A DNA stretch of 64,000 bases from Hyphomicrobiaceae bacterium (GTDB taxonomy: Bacteria > Pseudomonadota > Alphaproteobacteria > Rhizobiales > Hyphomicrobiaceae): positions 28,394-92,393 of the forward strand of contig JAWKWE010000008.1 of assembly GCA_041397645.1 (NCBI GenBank). Direction: 5' to 3'. Numbering within the stretch: the first letter of the stretch is position 1; each line of letters begins with the position of its first letter. This document shows positions 20,030 to 29,716 of this stretch, piece by piece. Position numbers and translations under genes: made by a program. The notes beneath the pieces are model-generated. The model saw nothing but the letters and a program-made list of their open reading frames with translations, did not search any database and was not told the DNA's origin.

Positions 20030-20887
20030 TCATGATGTCGGTTGAAGGTCGGCTCCGCCGCTGACGGGACGGAGGGAGGCGGAGCCGACCGGAGGGCCGT
20101 CAGCGGCGGGCGGCTTGATGAGGCCGCTCTTTCGCTTGGCGCGGAGCCGGTAGCTGTCGCCGCGGATGGTCAGCACGTGGCTGTGGTGCAGGAGCCGGTC
20201 GAGGATCGCGGTGGCGACCACCGGATCGGCGAACACGGCGCCCCATTCGGCAACGCTGCGGTTCGATGTGATCAGCATGGCGCCGGTTTCGTAGCGGCGG
20301 CTGACCAGCTGGAAGAACAGATGCGCCGCGTCGGGCTCCAGCGGCAGGTAGCCGAGTTCGTCGACGATAAGCAGCTTTGGTTTCGCCAGCGCGAGCAGTT
20401 TCTCGTCCAGGCGCCGCTCGCCATGCGCCTTGGCGAGGCCAGCGACCAGCGTCGTCGCCGTGGTGAACTGCACCGTGTAACCGGTCAGGATCGCCTCTCG
20501 CCCGAGCGCGATCGATAAATGCGTCTTACCGACGCCCGGCGGGCCGAGCAGCAGCACGTTCTCGCCGTTGGCGATCCAACGTGACGCGGCCAGGTCGCGG
20601 ATCTGCTTCGGATCGATCGACGGCTGCGCCTCGAAGTCGAAGCCGGCAAGCTCCTTCACGGCCGGGAAGTGTGCGAGTTTCAGCGCCATCTCGATGCGGC
20701 GATGATCCTTGCGCACGATCTCGCGCTCGCACAGCAGGATCAGCGTCTCACGTGCCGACAGGTTCGCGCGCGCCGCCTCGTCGAGCAGGTTGTCGAGCTG
20801 GTCGCGGATGCCGGAGAGCTGCAATCGCACCAGCATGGCGTCGAGCCGATCGATTGGTGCTTCGGTAGCCTTCTTTGCGCGCGCCAT
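20030..20887 (-). CDS. istB: IS21 helper AAA+ ATPase IstB
   Basis: FDFEAQP, Walker A GPPGVGKT, LLIVDELGY, ITSN and AILDRLLHH; true ATG at 20887 overlaps the istA TGA. Confidence 0.95.
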   Translation of the reverse strand: MARAKKATEAPIDRLDAMLVRLQLSGIRDQLDNLLDEAARANLSARETLILLCEREIVRKDHRRIEMALKLAHFPAVKELAGFDFEAQPSIDPKQIRDLAASRWIANGENVLLLGPPGVGKTHLSIALGREAILTGYTVQFTTATTLVAGLAKAHGERRLDEKLLALAKPKLLIVDELGYLPLEPDAAHLFFQLVSRRYETGAMLITSNRSVAEWGAVFADPVVATAILDRLLHHSHVLTIRGDSYRLRAKRKSGLIKPPAADGPPVGSASLRPVSGGADLQPTS

Positions 20888-22140
20888 CAGAAGCTCCCTC
20901 CGATCACTGCTTCGTATTCGGCAAGAGGACGCAACAACGAGGGCAGCGGAGATGACCCCGGCACTGTCGGTGTCGCGATCGCCGGTCGGCAGACCGCGCC
21001 ATTGCGACCGGCAACCCCGTCGAGGTGGGCGGAATCGACGATCCGCAGCCGGCGACCCTCCGATTGCTTGTGGACCGCAACCTCGCGCATGCCGTGGCGG
21101 ACGCGCACCTCGCCGGCCGCAACCGTCACTGCCACGCGCTCCCCGATCAGCCGCCAAGGCACCGAGTAGCTGTTTGTATCGATCTCGACCGCGCAATCGT
21201 TGCCAACGACACGGGTCAGTTCGCGCAACGATCCGAACGACGGCTGCCCGCCGAGCGGCTTCAACCGGTGTGCCTCGTCACGCGCAAAGCGAGCGATCGG
21301 CGCCTCGCCGGTCGTGCCGTGGATACGCAGGTTCGCCACCTCACGCTCCCACTCGGCGAGATGCGCCTCGAATGCCTCCCAGCTCGCGAAGGAATGCCCC
21401 GCGATCGCATTCTTCTTCACGTAGCCGACGCCATTCTCCGTCTTGCCCTTCGTGCGCGCCCGATACGGCGCACAGGCGCGAGGACGGAAGCCCCAATGCT
21501 TTGCGAACGCGATGAGCTTGTCGTTAAACTGGACCGACCGGCTCACCGCGTCGTGGCGCACCACCAGCGCGCGTGGATTGTCCATCAGCACCTCCTCCGG
21601 CACGCCGCCGAAGGTCGTAAACGCGCTCTCGAGCCCCGCAAACCAGTGCTCCTGCTTCTCAGCTCGGAACGCACGCACATGCAGCCGTCGCGAATGCCCG
21701 AGCGTCGCCACGAACACGAATGTTTTGACCTTCACCACGCCGATCTCGACCAGGCGCTCGCCGAAGTCGATCTGCAGCTGTCGGCCCGGTGGCGTCTCGA
21801 ACCGCGTCGTTGCCAGCGCTTCGGCCTTCAGCGCCTGGCGATATGGCTGCACGGCGCGTTGCAGCGTCCGCCGGCTGACTGCCACGCCTTTCTCGGCCAA
21901 CAGGTCCTGGCGCACCACATCTGCATTGCCGCGGTGCCGGATGAACCGCTCGCGCAACCAACCTTCAAGGCCATCGAGCCGCTTCGGGCGCTCAGGTGAC
22001 TTGAACGGCTTCACCCCGCCCGCCGCCACGTAGTCCTTCACCGTGTGATGGCTGCAGCCCAGCTGCCGCGCAATCCGCTTCAGACCCCACCCGCACGCCC
22101 TCAGGCGCAACATCTCCGCCACGTCATCCGGCGTCTTCAT
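20887..22140 (-). CDS. istA: IS21 DDE transposase IstA
   Basis: N-terminal HTH, RFETPPGRQLQIDFG, GGVPEEVLMDN and RARTKGKTENGVGYVK. Confidence 0.95.
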   Translation of the reverse strand: MKTPDDVAEMLRLRACGWGLKRIARQLGCSHHTVKDYVAAGGVKPFKSPERPKRLDGLEGWLRERFIRHRGNADVVRQDLLAEKGVAVSRRTLQRAVQPYRQALKAEALATTRFETPPGRQLQIDFGERLVEIGVVKVKTFVFVATLGHSRRLHVRAFRAEKQEHWFAGLESAFTTFGGVPEEVLMDNPRALVVRHDAVSRSVQFNDKLIAFAKHWGFRPRACAPYRARTKGKTENGVGYVKKNAIAGHSFASWEAFEAHLAEWEREVANLRIHGTTGEAPIARFARDEAHRLKPLGGQPSFGSLRELTRVVGNDCAVEIDTNSYSVPWRLIGERVAVTVAAGEVRVRHGMREVAVHKQSEGRRLRIVDSAHLDGVAGRNGAVCRPAIATPTVPGSSPLPSLLRPLAEYEAVIGGSF

Positions 22141-22216
22141 CACCTGCCCCCGTGGATCAATCCACGACGAGCCTTCCGTGATTCGTTCCTCTTTCATTCA
22201 CTCTCTCCTCGGCTAT

Positions 22217-22274
22217 CCAAGGAGGGGGCAATTCCTCATGACGCCGAGGGGGCAGTTTTCCATGGCGCGCGACA
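22217..22274 (-). repeat. IS21 terminal inverted repeat (istA side)
   Basis: Reverse complement reads TGTCGCGCGCCATGGAAAACTGCCCCCT...GTCATGAGGAATTGCCCCCTCCTTGG and aligns with the other end. Confidence 0.9.
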
Positions 22275-22279
22275 CCGAC
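22275..22279 (+). repeat. IS21 target-site duplication, right copy (CCGAC)
   Basis: Matches 19964-19968. Confidence 0.85.
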
Positions 22280-22302
22280 ACGCCATATCGGATGAAATTT
22301 GT

Positions 22303-24240
22303 ATGTTTACGCCGGCAAAGGATATCCAGGATGACAGCAGCCTAAGAGCGTTTCTGACGCGCTGGGGTCTGAAAGATTACGAAAGTCTAGTCGAGCGGGC
22401 GGACGCCGACCCCGACTGGTTCTGGTCAAGAGTTATCGGTCTTGCGGATATACGCTTTTCGCGCCCGTACCAAAAGTTGCGCGATGTGAGTGGTGGACCC
22501 GAGGATATTCGTTGGGCCGTAGACGGCACTCTCAACCTCACTGAGACCTGCCTTGACGGGCGCATCGAGGCCGGCCTTGGGCAAAAAGCCGCCATCGACT
22601 GGATCGGCGAAGACGGGGAACGGCGCGTCTGGACTTATCGCGATCTCGCCCGCGAAAGCGCCCGGGTTGCCAGCGCCCTGGCCGCTCGCGGCGTCGGCGC
22701 GGGTGATGCGGTTGGCATCTACATGCCGATGGTGCCCGAGATCGAAGCGGCCCTCCTGGGCGTTGCGAGGCTCGGCGCTATCGCCGTTCCCCTGTTCTCC
22801 GGATACCCGGCGCCGGCCGTGGCGGCACGCTTGAACGACTGCGCGGCCAAAGCGGTTTTGACGGCCGATGCGAGCAGGCGTCGCGGCAGGCCTGTTCCCA
22901 TGGAATCCGTGCTGGTTGAGGCTCTGGCCGACGTGTCCAGCGTGCACACGGTGATCAGCCTGCGCCGCTTCAGCGGCAGCGCCGCCGACCCACGGCGGGA
23001 TCTAGACTGGGCTGCCACAGTCGGGGCCGCAAAGGCGGATTTTGCACCTGTTCCGGTTGCATCGGACGCGCCGATGATGATTGCCTACACGTCTGGGACA
23101 ACCGGCCGGCCAAAGGGGGTGGTGCACACGCATTTGGGTGTGCAGGCGGCAGCAACGACCAATTTCTTGTTGTGCCTCGACTTGAAGCTCGAGGACCGGC
23201 ACCTGTGGATGACCGATATGGGCTGGGTTATGGGCCCGCTAACCTTGGTCTCGACGCTTCTGGCGGGTGCGACAGTGGTTCTGGCCGAAGGTGCGCCCTC
23301 CACGCCGGACGACCCGTTCCGCCTGCTGCGACTGGCAAGCGAACACGGCGTTACACATCTTGGCGTCGCGCCCACATTGGTGCGACAGTTCATGAGAAGC
23401 GATCCCGGACTGCTGGCGCGGTACAATCTCTCTGCGCTCCGCATCGTCGCTTCCACCGGCGAGCCTTGGACCGACGACGCCTGGCTTTGGCATCTCGAAC
23501 ACATCTGTCGCCGCAGGGCGGTGCCACTCAACATCTCCGGCGGTACTGAGCTCTTTGGCGCAATTCTGACGTCGACGGTGCTGCACACGCTGCAGCCCTG
23601 CGGTTTTTCGACCGAGGCATTGGGCGTTGGGGCGAAAGTGCTACGACCGGACGGGTCCGAGGCAAGGAATGGCGAGGTGGGCGAGCTGGTGGTCACCAAG
23701 CCGCCGCTAGGCCTGACGCCCACGATTTGGCAGGATCACTCGCGATATCTCGAGACCTACTGGTCGGATTATCCCGGCATTTGGCGGCATGGCGACTGGG
23801 CGCGTCGGGATTCCGACGGAACATGGTTTATTCTCGGCCGTTCGGACGACACGCTCAATATCGCCGGCAAACGTATCGGCCCGACTGAGATCGAGGCCGC
23901 ACTCACTGCCACTGGTAAGGTGATCGACGCTGCGGCAATCGCAGCGCCGGATGATCTGAAAGGCTTCGCCGTAGTGTGCGTCTGCGTGCCCTCCGCTGCC
24001 GTGAAAAGAGACGACATCTTGGTGGAGCAACTGAAGGACAATGTAGCCGCCGCGGTCTCTCAACCCTTTCGCCCGCGCGAAATCCATTTTGTCGAAGCAC
24101 TGCCGAAGACTCGGAGCATGAAAACCATGCGCCGCGTCGTCCGCGCAGCGTTTCTGGGCGAGAACCCGGGCGACCTGTCACCCCTACAGAATCCTGAAGC
24201 CATTGCTCCGATCGCTGCATTGAGAAACAAAGGCCGCTGA
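22303..24240 (+). CDS. Acetate-CoA-ligase-like acyl-CoA synthetase (Acs/AcsA superfamily)
   Basis: DPDWFW, YTSGTTGRPKG, WMTDMGWVMGP, STGEPW, WRHGDW, GRSDDTLNIAGKR and LPKTRSMK. Start is the first ATG outside the IS. Confidence 0.88.
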   Translation: MFTPAKDIQDDSSLRAFLTRWGLKDYESLVERADADPDWFWSRVIGLADIRFSRPYQKLRDVSGGPEDIRWAVDGTLNLTETCLDGRIEAGLGQKAAIDWIGEDGERRVWTYRDLARESARVASALAARGVGAGDAVGIYMPMVPEIEAALLGVARLGAIAVPLFSGYPAPAVAARLNDCAAKAVLTADASRRRGRPVPMESVLVEALADVSSVHTVISLRRFSGSAADPRRDLDWAATVGAAKADFAPVPVASDAPMMIAYTSGTTGRPKGVVHTHLGVQAAATTNFLLCLDLKLEDRHLWMTDMGWVMGPLTLVSTLLAGATVVLAEGAPSTPDDPFRLLRLASEHGVTHLGVAPTLVRQFMRSDPGLLARYNLSALRIVASTGEPWTDDAWLWHLEHICRRRAVPLNISGGTELFGAILTSTVLHTLQPCGFSTEALGVGAKVLRPDGSEARNGEVGELVVTKPPLGLTPTIWQDHSRYLETYWSDYPGIWRHGDWARRDSDGTWFILGRSDDTLNIAGKRIGPTEIEAALTATGKVIDAAAIAAPDDLKGFAVVCVCVPSAAVKRDDILVEQLKDNVAAAVSQPFRPREIHFVEALPKTRSMKTMRRVVRAAFLGENPGDLSPLQNPEAIAPIAALRNKGR

Positions 24241-24426
24241 CAACCGTCTCAAGGGAAACGAAAGCCGTGCAATTCGTCGCCCGGCCCCGCCGAGGGTTCT
24301 GCCCGCCTTGTCATAGTCCATCCTTTGAGGCGCGGTGTCCCAAGAAGGACCTCTTCGACAGCCGGTCTCAATGCGCTGCCAGCGGGCCGGTCCATGGCCT
24401 ATGTCAACAGCTAATATCATCCACAC

Positions 24427-26460
24427 TTAAAGGGATTGTGCTACCCGGATGCCCTCGTCAATCGCGCGCAAAGCGTCCAGTTCGGCGGCCTCCTTGGCGC
24501 CACCGATGACAGTTGCCGGAATACCCCGCTCCACCAGTGCGGCATGAAGCGTGTCGTCAGATTGTTGTCCGGTGCAAAGCACGATCGTGTCGACTACGAT
24601 GACCTGGCGCCGACCATCGATCATGATGTGCAGACCCTCGTCGTCGATTCGTTCATAGCTGACGCCCGTCAGCATCTCGACGCCATACTTGCGGAGGGCG
24701 TTGCGAAGGATCCAGCCTGTGGAAACGCCGAGTCCGTCCCCGGGCTTGGAGGTTTTACGCTGCAGCATGATCACCTTGCGGGTGCCACTCACGGGTGCCA
24801 GCGGATCGGCTTTGAGTGCGCCCGCCGCGGAGAAACTTCCATCCACGCCCCAAGTGTGGAAGAAGGCCTCGCTGCCGTTGGTTTCAACAGGGGGGGTGAC
24901 AAGAAACTCGGCCACGTCGAAGCCGATCCCGCCAGCGCCCATGATCGCAACCGATTTTCCCGCGGTCCGTTCCCCCGACAGGATTTCTGCATAGGTCGCC
25001 ACCTTGGGGTGGTCGATGCCCGGCAGATCGGGGATGCGTGGGCCGACGCCGGTGGCAATCACCACATGATCGTACCCGCTCAGATCCTTGGGGGAGGCGC
25101 GGCGGCCAAGATGCAGGTTGACCCCGAGCTTGTCCACCTGGCGTCGGAAGTAGCGAATGGTATCGTCGAATTCGTTCTTGCCCGGAACTGCACGCGCCAG
25201 CATAAGCTGCCCGCCGAGGGTTCGGGAAGCTTCAAACAATGATACGATATGACCGCGTCGTGCCGCTTCCGTTGCGGTAGCCATCCCTGCTGCGCCGCCG
25301 CCGACAACGGCGATCCTTTTCTGCCCGGCGGCAACAGTGTCGCTCAGCTCGGACTCGCGACCGGCGCGAGGATTGACGAGGCAACTTACCGCTCGGCCAG
25401 AAAAAATGTAGTCAAGGCAAGCCTGATTGCAGGCGATGCAGGTGTTGATTTCGTCTACCCGCCCCTCTCTGATCTTGTTCACAAAAAAAGGATCAGCGAG
25501 CATTGGTCGTGCCATGGAGATAAGATCTGCATCGCCGCTTTCGAGGATGTCCTCAGCCATATCAGCAGTGCTGATGCGGTTCGATGCGACAACGGGGATG
25601 GACACGGCAGCGCGGACCCGCGCGGCAGCCTTGCGCCAAGCTCCTCGCGGTACCGGATAGGCTATCGTCGGCACGCGAGCCTCGTGCCAACCAATACCCG
25701 TGTTGATAATGTCGGCGCCGGCAGCTTCGACCTTACGGGCTAGGGCGGCGATTTCATCCGCTGGCGCGCCGCCCTCGATCAGATCGGCAGCCGAAATGCG
25801 ATAGATGATCAGTAGATCCGAACCGCAACGCTGTCGTACCGCGCGTACAATCTCGACCGGAAAGCGATGGCGCTTCTCTACACTGCCTCCCCAGGAATCT
25901 TCGCGCTTGTTGGTGTGAGTCACCGTAAATTCGTTGATGAGATAGCCCTCTGAACCCATTATTTCCACGCCGTCAAAGCCTGCGGCCTGCGCATTTGCTG
26001 CCGCTTCGGCGAATTGATCGATTGTGCGCAGGATGTCGCTATCAGTCATCTCGCGCGGGATATGTCGATTGATTGGCGCGCGAATGGGGGACGGGGCTAC
26101 GCAGCCGACAATCTTTGCATAGCGCCCTGCGTGAAGGAGTTGCGCGCAGATAAGGGCGCCCTCCTGATGTACTGCGTCGCAGATGGGGCGCAGCGCCTGA
26201 GCCTCATTGGGGTCGTCAAGACGCGGCCCTTGAGGGTCGAGTACGCCCTCGGCGTTAGGCGAAAACCCGCCAGTTACGATGAGCGCAACACCGCCCTGCG
26301 CACGTTCGGCGTAGAAGGCAAGTTGCGCCGCGATCGGATCGGGCTTGCACTCGAGCTTAGTGTGCATTGAACCCATGATGATCCGGTTGCGCATTTCGTG
26401 GCGTCCGACCTTAAGCGGCGAAAGCAATCTGGTGTACGTTGACGAAACCGGCGTGTTCAT
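24427..26460 (-). CDS. fadH: NADPH-dependent 2,4-dienoyl-CoA reductase (FMN/FAD/4Fe-4S)
   Basis: NRIIMGSMHT, LHAGRY, DGVEIMGSEGYLI, GIGWHEARVPTI, CIACNQACLD and GGGAAG; GAGG RBS before ATG 26460. Confidence 0.93.
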   Translation of the reverse strand: MNTPVSSTYTRLLSPLKVGRHEMRNRIIMGSMHTKLECKPDPIAAQLAFYAERAQGGVALIVTGGFSPNAEGVLDPQGPRLDDPNEAQALRPICDAVHQEGALICAQLLHAGRYAKIVGCVAPSPIRAPINRHIPREMTDSDILRTIDQFAEAAANAQAAGFDGVEIMGSEGYLINEFTVTHTNKREDSWGGSVEKRHRFPVEIVRAVRQRCGSDLLIIYRISAADLIEGGAPADEIAALARKVEAAGADIINTGIGWHEARVPTIAYPVPRGAWRKAAARVRAAVSIPVVASNRISTADMAEDILESGDADLISMARPMLADPFFVNKIREGRVDEINTCIACNQACLDYIFSGRAVSCLVNPRAGRESELSDTVAAGQKRIAVVGGGAAGMATATEAARRGHIVSLFEASRTLGGQLMLARAVPGKNEFDDTIRYFRRQVDKLGVNLHLGRRASPKDLSGYDHVVIATGVGPRIPDLPGIDHPKVATYAEILSGERTAGKSVAIMGAGGIGFDVAEFLVTPPVETNGSEAFFHTWGVDGSFSAAGALKADPLAPVSGTRKVIMLQRKTSKPGDGLGVSTGWILRNALRKYGVEMLTGVSYERIDDEGLHIMIDGRRQVIVVDTIVLCTGQQSDDTLHAALVERGIPATVIGGAKEAAELDALRAIDEGIRVAQSL

Positions 26461-26490
26461 AATTTTCCTCCCTCGGCACTTGCCGCCTAT

Positions 26491-26506
26491 TCTAACGTTT
26501 GTTAGG
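26491..26506. promoter_or_regulatory. Operator copy 3, TCTAAC-GTTT-GTTAGG
   Basis: Lies in the 92-bp gap between divergent fadH and aliB-like genes, inside the spacers of TTGCCG-N17-TAGGTT (+) and TTGCAC-N16-TAGAAT (-). Confidence 0.8.
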
Positions 26507-26552
26507 TTTCGTGCAAAGTCGATTTTAAAGGGCTTTGCGGGAGGACCATTCA

Positions 26553-27734
26553 ATGCCTTTTCAGCCGACGGAGGATCAGGTCGCTTTTCGCGAGGTGGCC
26601 CGGCGCTTTGCGCGCGAACGATTGGCCGGCGGCTATCAAAAACGTGCCAAAGGCCATGTTCTTGATAGGGAACTGATCCGTGAAATGGGTTCGCTCGGTC
26701 TCATTGCGCCGGATCTTCCTGAAAAACTTGGCGGAATGGGCGAGAGCTCCGTTACAGCCGGTCTAATCACCGAACAAATCGCCTATGCCGATTTTAACGT
26801 CAGCTACGTGCAACTGCTGGGCTCGCTCATGGGCGGCATGGTCGCCAAACACGCCTCGGAAGACATCGCACGCGATTGGGTACCGCGCGTTATCGCCGGG
26901 GAAGCAGTAATTGGGCTCGGGCTTACCGAGCCACGCGGGGGTTCGGATGCGGCAAACCTTCAGCTGCGGGCCGACAAATCGGGCAATGGCTGGCGGCTCA
27001 ATGGCGAAAAGACCTCGATGAGCTTTGCCGCACAGGCGGACGCTGCCGTTGTCTTCGCCCGCACCGGCGATCCACAGGGCGGATCGCGCGGCGTCAGTGC
27101 ATTCTTTGTCAACTTGACGGAAAAAGGGATCAAGCGGACCCACTTCGACGACATCGGGACCAAGCCGGTCGGCCGCGGCTCGGTTTTCTTCGACGATGTC
27201 AATGTGCCGGCTGAATGCCTGATGGGCGAACAGGACCGCGCCTTTGGCACCATCATGGCCGGCTTTGACTATAGCCGCGCGCTGATCGGTCTGGAGTGCC
27301 TTGGTCCGGCGCAGGCCTCCGTTGATGAGACCTGGGGTTACGTGCAGGAACGCGAGGCATTCGGCGCGCCGCTCGCCCAATACCAGGGCGTTACCTTTCC
27401 GCTCGCAGAGGCCGAGACCCAGCTGACGATGATGCGTCAACTCTGCTATTTCACCCTCGATCTCCGCGATCGCGATATGCAGCATACGGCCGAAGCGGCC
27501 ATGTGCAAATGGTATGTGCCTAAGACAGCCTGCGAGATCATACAGCAGTGTCTGATCTTGCACGGGCACTACGGCTACACAACCGACCTGCCGCACCATC
27601 AGCGCTACAACGACGTGCTCGGGCTTCAAATTGGCGACGGCACGGCGCAAATCCAGAAGCTCGTCATAGCGCGCGAGAAGATTGGTCGCGTGGCGCTCCA
27701 GTACGACAAGCGATCGAAGGGAGCGGCAAAATGA
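26553..27734 (+). CDS. aliB: Cyclohexanecarboxyl-CoA dehydrogenase-like acyl-CoA dehydrogenase
   Basis: DFNVSYV, LTEPRGGSDAANL, GEKTSMS, VGRGSVFFD, GFDYSRALIGL and VLGLQIGDGTAQI match the AliB clade; GGAGG RBS. Confidence 0.8.
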   Translation: MPFQPTEDQVAFREVARRFARERLAGGYQKRAKGHVLDRELIREMGSLGLIAPDLPEKLGGMGESSVTAGLITEQIAYADFNVSYVQLLGSLMGGMVAKHASEDIARDWVPRVIAGEAVIGLGLTEPRGGSDAANLQLRADKSGNGWRLNGEKTSMSFAAQADAAVVFARTGDPQGGSRGVSAFFVNLTEKGIKRTHFDDIGTKPVGRGSVFFDDVNVPAECLMGEQDRAFGTIMAGFDYSRALIGLECLGPAQASVDETWGYVQEREAFGAPLAQYQGVTFPLAEAETQLTMMRQLCYFTLDLRDRDMQHTAEAAMCKWYVPKTACEIIQQCLILHGHYGYTTDLPHHQRYNDVLGLQIGDGTAQIQKLVIAREKIGRVALQYDKRSKGAAK

Positions 27735-28510
27735 GCGATCCGGTCAAGACCCGAACCGAAGGCAGCACTGGAATCATCGAGTTAAGTCGGCCGGAGAAAC
27801 TCAATAGTCTTTCTCTCGAGGTGCATCAGCTAATCGATGCGGCCCGTGCGAACTTTGAAAACGACGGTGGGGTCCGTGCGCTTCTGATCTGCGCTCAGGG
27901 AAAGCATTTTTGCACAGGGGCTGACCTCGTCGAAGTTAAGGCCAAAATGAACGATCCGGTGGCGCTGGATCTTTTCATTGGCTTCGGCATGGGCGTGCTG
28001 CGCCGGCTTGAGCAGAGTAGCCTGCCGGTCGTCGTGGCGGTCCAGGGCCTATGCCTCGCAGGAGGCATAGAATTGATGTTGTCGTGCGACGTCTGTTTTG
28101 CCGCGGAGACCGCGCAGTTTGGTGATCAGCACGCGCAATTTGGACTCGTTCCGGGATGGGGTGGAAGCCAGCGGTTGGTGCGTCAAATGGGTCTGCGTCG
28201 AGCGTTAGATCTGATGTTTTCTGCGCGTTGGTTGAAGGCGAATGAAGCGAAGGCGGCTGGCCTCGTCAACTATGTGGTGGCTGACGACCAACTCCGCACG
28301 GAGGCCCTGGCTTACTGTCAGAAGATCGGTACGCGCTCGCGGCGGGGCATAGCTGAAATGAAGCGGCTGGGGCGCGAGGGTATTGAGCTGTCGCTCGAGC
28401 AGGGCATGCGCCTTGAACGCGATTCTGCATTGCGCCACTTGCCAGGTGCGGACGTGGCCGAGGGGCTGTCGGCGTTTGCCGGTCGTCGAGAGCCGAAGTT
28501 CAATCAATAA
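27731..28510 (+). CDS. Enoyl-CoA hydratase/isomerase family protein
   Basis: RPEKLNSL, FCTGADL, AGGIEL and FGDQHAQFGLVPGWGG. Confidence 0.88.
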   Translation: MSDPVKTRTEGSTGIIELSRPEKLNSLSLEVHQLIDAARANFENDGGVRALLICAQGKHFCTGADLVEVKAKMNDPVALDLFIGFGMGVLRRLEQSSLPVVVAVQGLCLAGGIELMLSCDVCFAAETAQFGDQHAQFGLVPGWGGSQRLVRQMGLRRALDLMFSARWLKANEAKAAGLVNYVVADDQLRTEALAYCQKIGTRSRRGIAEMKRLGREGIELSLEQGMRLERDSALRHLPGADVAEGLSAFAGRREPKFNQ

Positions 28511-28526
28511 CGCCACGGGGTTCAAC

Positions 28527-29687
28527 ATGGATTTCAACTTGAACGATGAGCAGCGCCAAATCTACGAATATGGCGCTCAGTTGGCGCAAAGCTTTGACAA
28601 CGCCTATTGGCTTGACCATGCGCGCCGGCATGTTTTCCCGCAGGAAATGTTCTCAAAGATCGCTGAGGATGGATTTTTGGGGCTTATGGTGCCCCAAGAA
28701 TATGGCGGAGCAGGGCTCGGGATGACCGAGATGGCACTATTTATGGAGGGCACGGCGAATCACGGCATTCCACTTTTGATGATGGTCGTGGGACCGACCA
28801 TGTCATTGGCGCACATTGCCAACCATGGAAGTGAATTTCAAAAGAAGGAGCTTTTACCAAAGGCGTGTCGCGGAGAGATCCAGTTTTGTTTTGCGATCAC
28901 TGAGCCGGGAGCCGGATCGAACACCATTAAAGCCCGCACCCTTGCACGGCAAAGGGGCAACCGTTTTTCTCTAACGGGCGAGAAGACGTTTATTACTGGC
29001 GCTGATGTTGCCGACTATTGCCTGGTAGTGGCGCGTACGAAGTCGCATGAAGAGGTTCAACGCAAAACCGATGGCTTCACACTTTTCGCGGTCGATCTGA
29101 AGAAAAAGGGGATCGATAAGCAACGAGTAAAAATTTCGATTCCGCTACCCGAGGAACAATGGACGCTATTCTTCGACGACGTTGATCTGGGACCCGAAGA
29201 TGTTGTGGGCCATGTGGACGAAGGCTTCTCGATTCTTTTCGATTCACTCAATCCCGAGCGTATCATCCTGGCGGCATTATGCTGCGGAATTGGCCGATTT
29301 GCGCTCAATAAGGGCGTCGCCTATGCGTCGCAGCGCAACGTATTTGGCCAGCCTATCGGTGCGCATCAAGGTGTCCAACATCCGATGGCCAAGGCGCATA
29401 CCGCTGTCGAGATGGCGAGCCTCATGACTCGTCGAGCAGCTTGGGAATTCGACAATAGCCTACCCGCCGGCGCCTCGTCCAACATGGCGAAATACGCGGC
29501 TGCAGAGGCAGGTATCGAGGCGGTGGATGCGGCGCTCCAGGCTCATGGCGGATCGGGGTTTACCGAAGACACCGGCATCTACGAGCTGTATCCACTGATG
29601 CGTTTGCTGCGCACAGCGCCGGTCAATCGCGAGCTGTGTCTGAGCTTCATCGGCGAGAAAGTCATGGGTCTGCCGCGCTCCTACTGA
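28527..29687 (+). CDS. Acyl-CoA dehydrogenase
   Basis: VPQEYGGAGLG, FAITEPGAGSN, GEKTFIT, LNPERI, VFGQPIGAHQGVQHP and APVNRE. Confidence 0.9.
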   Translation: MDFNLNDEQRQIYEYGAQLAQSFDNAYWLDHARRHVFPQEMFSKIAEDGFLGLMVPQEYGGAGLGMTEMALFMEGTANHGIPLLMMVVGPTMSLAHIANHGSEFQKKELLPKACRGEIQFCFAITEPGAGSNTIKARTLARQRGNRFSLTGEKTFITGADVADYCLVVARTKSHEEVQRKTDGFTLFAVDLKKKGIDKQRVKISIPLPEEQWTLFFDDVDLGPEDVVGHVDEGFSILFDSLNPERIILAALCCGIGRFALNKGVAYASQRNVFGQPIGAHQGVQHPMAKAHTAVEMASLMTRRAAWEFDNSLPAGASSNMAKYAAAEAGIEAVDAALQAHGGSGFTEDTGIYELYPLMRLLRTAPVNRELCLSFIGEKVMGLPRSY

Positions 29688-29716
29688 CAGTTGCGGATCG
29701 ATAAGGAGGCTAAGCA

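Larger units (their letters stand above)
19969..22274 (-). mobile_element. IS21-family insertion sequence, 2306 bp, apparently intact
   Basis: istA-istB, TG...CA termini, about 58-bp imperfect terminal inverted repeats and a 5-bp TSD. Confidence 0.95.

Noticed and set aside
22045-22302. 731-aa version of the acyl-CoA synthetase ORF
   Set aside because: The extra N-terminus lies inside the IS21 end and antisense istA; the real gene starts outside the element.
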